From positions 1,728,001 to 1,792,000 of the forward strand of contig OY762069.1 in assembly GCA_963665095.1 (NCBI GenBank): 64,000 bases of DNA, in the 5' to 3' direction. Every line of letters starts with the position of its first letter. The stretch's first letter is position 1. Source of the stretch: an uncultured Desulfobacter sp. Lineage in GTDB: Bacteria; Desulfobacterota; Desulfobacteria; Desulfobacterales; Desulfobacteraceae. Of this stretch, positions 60,216 through 64,000 are shown piece by piece. The notes beneath the pieces are model-generated. The model did not search any database. It saw only the letters and a list, made by a program, of their open reading frames with translations, and was not told where the DNA came from. The position numbers were made by a program, and so were the translations under genes.

Positions 60216-62030
60216 ATGGCACAGGTAATTTCCGATCAGCGGGACATTGATTTCGTTGTCCATGAACTGCTTGAGGCAGAAACCTTGGCAGAACTGAATG
60301 ACAACTATGCCGACTTTAACAAGAAAACCATTGATATGGTGATTAAAGAGGCAAAAAACCTGGCAGTCAAAGAGCTTCTGCCCATCAACAAAGAAGGCGA
60401 TGAAATCGGCTGCACACTTGAAAACGGTAAAGTCACCACCCCGCCGTCTTTCAAGCGCGTATTTGATCTGTTCAACGAGGGCGAATGGCTCGCACCCACT
60501 GAGGATCCGGAATGGGGCGGCCAGGGTATGCCCTACACTGTTGCAGCAGCTGCTGCCGAATATTTCAACGGCGCCAACTACCCGTTCATGATGTACTTCA
60601 GCCTCACCCAGGGTGCAGGCCACCTGGTGGAGCATTTCGGCACAGAAGAGCAAAAAAGAGTATTTCTTAAAAATATGTATACCGGCAAGTGGAGCGGCAC
60701 CATGTTGCTCACCGAACCGGGCGCAGGTTCCGATGTCGGCGCACTGACCACCAAAGCCATCCCCAACGGCGACGGCACTTACAATATTGTGGGTGAAAAG
60801 ATTTTCATCTCCGGTGGGGAACATGACCTGGCCGAAAACATCATCCATCCGGTTCTGGCCCGCATTGAAGGCGCGCCTGCCGGCACCAAGGGCATCTCTT
60901 TGTTCCTGGTCCCCAAATACAGAGTCAACGAAGACGGTTCCTTAGGTGAATTCAACGATGTTATCTGCACCGGTATTGAGCACAAGATGGGCATCCACGG
61001 CAACTCCACCTGCTCCTTGTCCCTAGGCTCCAAAGGCAACTGCGTAGGAACCCTGCTGGGCGAAGAGAACAAGGGCATGAAAGCCATGTTCCTGATGATG
61101 AATGCCGCCCGCCTGCACGTGGGTGTTCAGGGTTTTGCCTGCGCCACAGCCGCTTATATGTATGCTCTGGACTATGCCAAGAACCGCATCCAGGGCAGAG
61201 ACCTCATGGAGATCATGAACCCGGATGCCCAGGCCGTATCCATCTTCCGTCATCCGGATGTCCGCCGCCAGCTCATGGTCATGAAATCCAATGTGGAAGC
61301 CATGCGCGCTCTGATCTACTATGTGCATTACTGCGTTGATATGTCCAAGTACGCAAAAACAGATGAAGAAAAGGCAAAATACCAGGGATTCCTTGAAGTG
61401 CTCACCCCCATTGCCAAGGGCTATGTCACAGACCGGGCCTTTGAGATCTGCTCCCAGGGTATGCAGGTATATGGCGGATATGGGTTTATTGAAGAGTATC
61501 CCATGGCTCAGCTGCTGCGCGACGTTCGCATTACGCTGATCTACGAAGGCACCAACGGCATCCAGGCCATGGACCTTCTGGGCCGCAAACTTGGCATGAA
61601 CAAGGGCAAGCCCATCATGGACCTGTTTGGAGAAATGCAGAAAACCATCGCCCTTGCCAAAGATATTCCGGCCCTGGAAAAAGCAGCCGCCAAGGTTGAA
61701 GAGGTGGTAAACAAACTGGGCGAAGTGGCCATCCACATGGGCACCACCGCCATGAGCCCCAAAGTGATGGCTGCCTTTGCCAATGCCCATCCCTTCCAGG
61801 ATGCCACCGGCGATGCCATCTTTGCATGGATGCTTTTGTGGCGCTCTGTTGTGGCTGCCCAGAAACTGGAAAAGGCCAAAAAGAAAGACATCCCCTTTTA
61901 CCAGGGTGTGATTAAATCCCTTGAGTTCTATGCAGAAACCGTACTGCCCGTCACCATGGGTCGGTTTGCAGCGCTTTTGGGAACCAGTTCCGTAGCTGTG
62001 GACATTGAAGACGATATGTTCCCCGGCTAA
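60216..62030 (+). CDS. Acyl-CoA dehydrogenase (long, ~600 aa type)
   Basis: MLLTEPGAGSD, GEKIFISGG, GTKGISLF, EHKMGIHG, QVYGGYG, IYEGTNGIQ; ATG after GAGGAGG. Confidence 0.95.
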   Translation: MAQVISDQRDIDFVVHELLEAETLAELNDNYADFNKKTIDMVIKEAKNLAVKELLPINKEGDEIGCTLENGKVTTPPSFKRVFDLFNEGEWLAPTEDPEWGGQGMPYTVAAAAAEYFNGANYPFMMYFSLTQGAGHLVEHFGTEEQKRVFLKNMYTGKWSGTMLLTEPGAGSDVGALTTKAIPNGDGTYNIVGEKIFISGGEHDLAENIIHPVLARIEGAPAGTKGISLFLVPKYRVNEDGSLGEFNDVICTGIEHKMGIHGNSTCSLSLGSKGNCVGTLLGEENKGMKAMFLMMNAARLHVGVQGFACATAAYMYALDYAKNRIQGRDLMEIMNPDAQAVSIFRHPDVRRQLMVMKSNVEAMRALIYYVHYCVDMSKYAKTDEEKAKYQGFLEVLTPIAKGYVTDRAFEICSQGMQVYGGYGFIEEYPMAQLLRDVRITLIYEGTNGIQAMDLLGRKLGMNKGKPIMDLFGEMQKTIALAKDIPALEKAAAKVEEVVNKLGEVAIHMGTTAMSPKVMAAFANAHPFQDATGDAIFAWMLLWRSVVAAQKLEKAKKKDIPFYQGVIKSLEFYAETVLPVTMGRFAALLGTSSVAVDIEDDMFPG

Positions 62031-62063
62031 TCATTGACAATCGGTTTACACCGTTCGTCACTC

Positions 62064-62100
62064 AAAAGGCTGTCCCACGCCCCCCGGGACAGCCTTTTTT
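62064..62100. terminator. Bidirectional rho-independent terminator
   Basis: AAAAGGCTGTCCC-N9-GGGACAGCCTTTTTT between convergent genes. Confidence 0.85.
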
Positions 62101-62103
62101 CTA

Positions 62104-63999
62104 TCAGGCAACGTTGACGCTTATTTTCCGGGTAAGATAAGAGAGAAATTCCTCATAGGGCATGGGCCTGGCAAAAAGATATCCCTGGATCATATCGCAG
62201 CCTTCCGCTGCCAGGAAATCCATCTGGCTTTTGGTTTCCACCCCCTCGGCCACGGTCTGAAGGGCCATGGCCCGGGCCATGGCAAGGGCGGCCCTGACAA
62301 TGGCCTTGCTGGATTCTTCCTTTTCAATTCCGTTGATAAGAGAGGCATCCAGTTTCAGAGCGGTCAGGGGCAGATTTTTAATGGAATTCAGCGACGAATA
62401 CCCGGTTCCGAAATCATCCAGTTCCACCCTGAGTCCCATGTCCCGAAGTTCCTGCATAATACTTTTAGCCCGGTCCATATTCTGCACCAGACAGGTTTCC
62501 GTCAGTTCGATTTTAAGACGCTGCGGCGTGGCCCCGGTCTGTTGGAATACGGTTCTCACACGGTCAATGAATGTCTCATCCGCAAACTGCATGGCGCTGA
62601 TATTCACAGCCAGGGCAAACTCATCAGGAAGATGATATTTTTCCAGATCCATGGCAATGGTGCATGCCTGCCTGAGCACCCAGTCGCCCAAAGGCAGAAT
62701 AAATCCGGTACTTTCGGCCACCGGGATAAATGACTCCGGGGACACTGGCGCCTTGTCCAGGGGCTGCCAGCGAAGCAGGGCCTCTGCACCGCACAGCTCA
62801 CCGCTTTTTGATACCTGGGGCTGCAGATTCAGGCTGAACTCGTTATTATCCAGGCCGGTTTTCATATCCAGGGCCATGGCAGTGCGTGTATTCACCATGG
62901 CCTGACGTGCTTTATTATAAAAACAGATCCGGTTGCGGCCCATATCCTTGGCTTCGTACATGGCCACATCCGCCCGTTTAATCACCTCGCTTTTATCCCG
63001 ATCCTGACCGTAAAAAAGGGCCACACCCACCGAGGCACTGGTGTGATGCACATGCTGGGCCTCTCCCAGGATATAAGGCCGGTTCAGTACGCTGCGAATC
63101 TTTTCCGCCACAGCCATGGCTTTTTCATGGCTCACGGTTTCGTCACTGCCCAGCCACTCCAGGAGCACAACAAATTCATCTCCGCCCAGACGGGCCACTG
63201 TATCGGTCTCCCTGACGCAGGCACTCAGCCGCTGGCCCACCTCTACAAGCAGGGCATCCCCGACATCGTGCCCCTTGGTGTCATTCAGACTTTTAAAATT
63301 ATCCAGATCCAGCATGAGTAAGGCACCGTGCAATTTTTTTCTTCCTGCCATGGCCATGGCATGGGAGAGTCGGTCCATAATCATACGCCGGTTGGCAAGC
63401 CCTGTTAAAGCATCATACAGGGCCAGTTTACGAATCCGGTCTTCCGCCTGTTTGCGTTCGGTAATATCCCAGATATATCCGTACCACAAGGTACCGCCAT
63501 CCATCATCCGTTCCGGGGTGGCATGCCCCTCCAGCCAGATCTTTCCTTTGTCCGGATGGTTGATCCGAAACTGGGCTTTCCAGGTTTTCAAGGATGCCGC
63601 AGACGTGTCAATGCTTTCAATCACCTGTTGCAGATCTTCCTGGAAAATAAGCCTGGAAAAAATTCGGGCATCTTCCTCCAGTCTTCCGGCACTGGCCCCA
63701 CATGTCTGCTGCACCCCGGAGCTGACATAGGGCATACAGGAGTGCCCTTTTGTATCCCGTTTAAACTGAAAAATAAATCCGGGAATATGCCGTGACAACT
63801 TGTCCAGTTTATTTGACAGCTCCTTGCGCTCTGTAATGTCATGAATGGTACCGGAAATTTTCTCCACCCGGCCGGTCTCTCCCTTCACAGAGGCTGACTT
63901 CTGATATACCAGGCGCTCTGCACCGTCGGGACGGATAATCCGGAATTCCATATTTAACGCCTCAGGATTACGATAAAGTGCATTATACTGATTTTTTAC
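62104..63999 (-). CDS. PAS-GGDEF-EAL diguanylate cyclase/phosphodiesterase (5' end beyond window)
   Basis: PAS/PAC (DITERK twice), DLDNFK, GGDEF, EAL, DDFGTGYSS; frame stays open to the window edge. Confidence 0.92.
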   Translation of the reverse strand, partial: VKNQYNALYRNPEALNMEFRIIRPDGAERLVYQKSASVKGETGRVEKISGTIHDITERKELSNKLDKLSRHIPGFIFQFKRDTKGHSCMPYVSSGVQQTCGASAGRLEEDARIFSRLIFQEDLQQVIESIDTSAASLKTWKAQFRINHPDKGKIWLEGHATPERMMDGGTLWYGYIWDITERKQAEDRIRKLALYDALTGLANRRMIMDRLSHAMAMAGRKKLHGALLMLDLDNFKSLNDTKGHDVGDALLVEVGQRLSACVRETDTVARLGGDEFVVLLEWLGSDETVSHEKAMAVAEKIRSVLNRPYILGEAQHVHHTSASVGVALFYGQDRDKSEVIKRADVAMYEAKDMGRNRICFYNKARQAMVNTRTAMALDMKTGLDNNEFSLNLQPQVSKSGELCGAEALLRWQPLDKAPVSPESFIPVAESTGFILPLGDWVLRQACTIAMDLEKYHLPDEFALAVNISAMQFADETFIDRVRTVFQQTGATPQRLKIELTETCLVQNMDRAKSIMQELRDMGLRVELDDFGTGYSSLNSIKNLPLTALKLDASLINGIEKEESSKAIVRAALAMARAMALQTVAEGVETKSQMDFLAAEGCDMIQGYLFARPMPYEEFLSYLTRKISVNVA

Positions 64000-64000
64000 C

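Overview
Gene-dense 64 kb bacterial chromosomal window. Gene content and an intergenic palindrome type suggest a deltaproteobacterial sulfate reducer such as Desulfobacteraceae (inference only). No rRNA, tRNA, CRISPR array, transposase or integrase was seen. From left to right: the end of a two-component locus; MFS, ABC-F and HI0933 flavoprotein genes; a MshEN-repeat/DUF342(FapA) fusion; a decaying hybrid-kinase/sigma-54 regulator pair (internal deletion, nonsense codon, frameshift); a Prune/PPX1-like exopolyphosphatase and a double 5'-nucleotidase lipoprotein; a CDF-SPFH fusion with hflC/hflK-like genes; a DASS transporter; three TonB-dependent receptor uptake modules (two AraC-linked); and acyl-CoA dehydrogenase and GGDEF-EAL genes at the right end. 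The standout is 45.3-59.3 kb: a GAF/sigma-54 activator, a FecR-TPR-beta-barrel outer-membrane protein and a CHASE2 adenylate cyclase, then a sigma-54-like promoter ahead of a PEP-CTERM protein translationally coupled to a 2145-aa teneurin-like RHS/YD-shell protein. That protein has an unrecognised C-terminal payload and no adjacent immunity gene. This looks like a complete trans-envelope cAMP signalling circuit controlling a surface teneurin-like protein.
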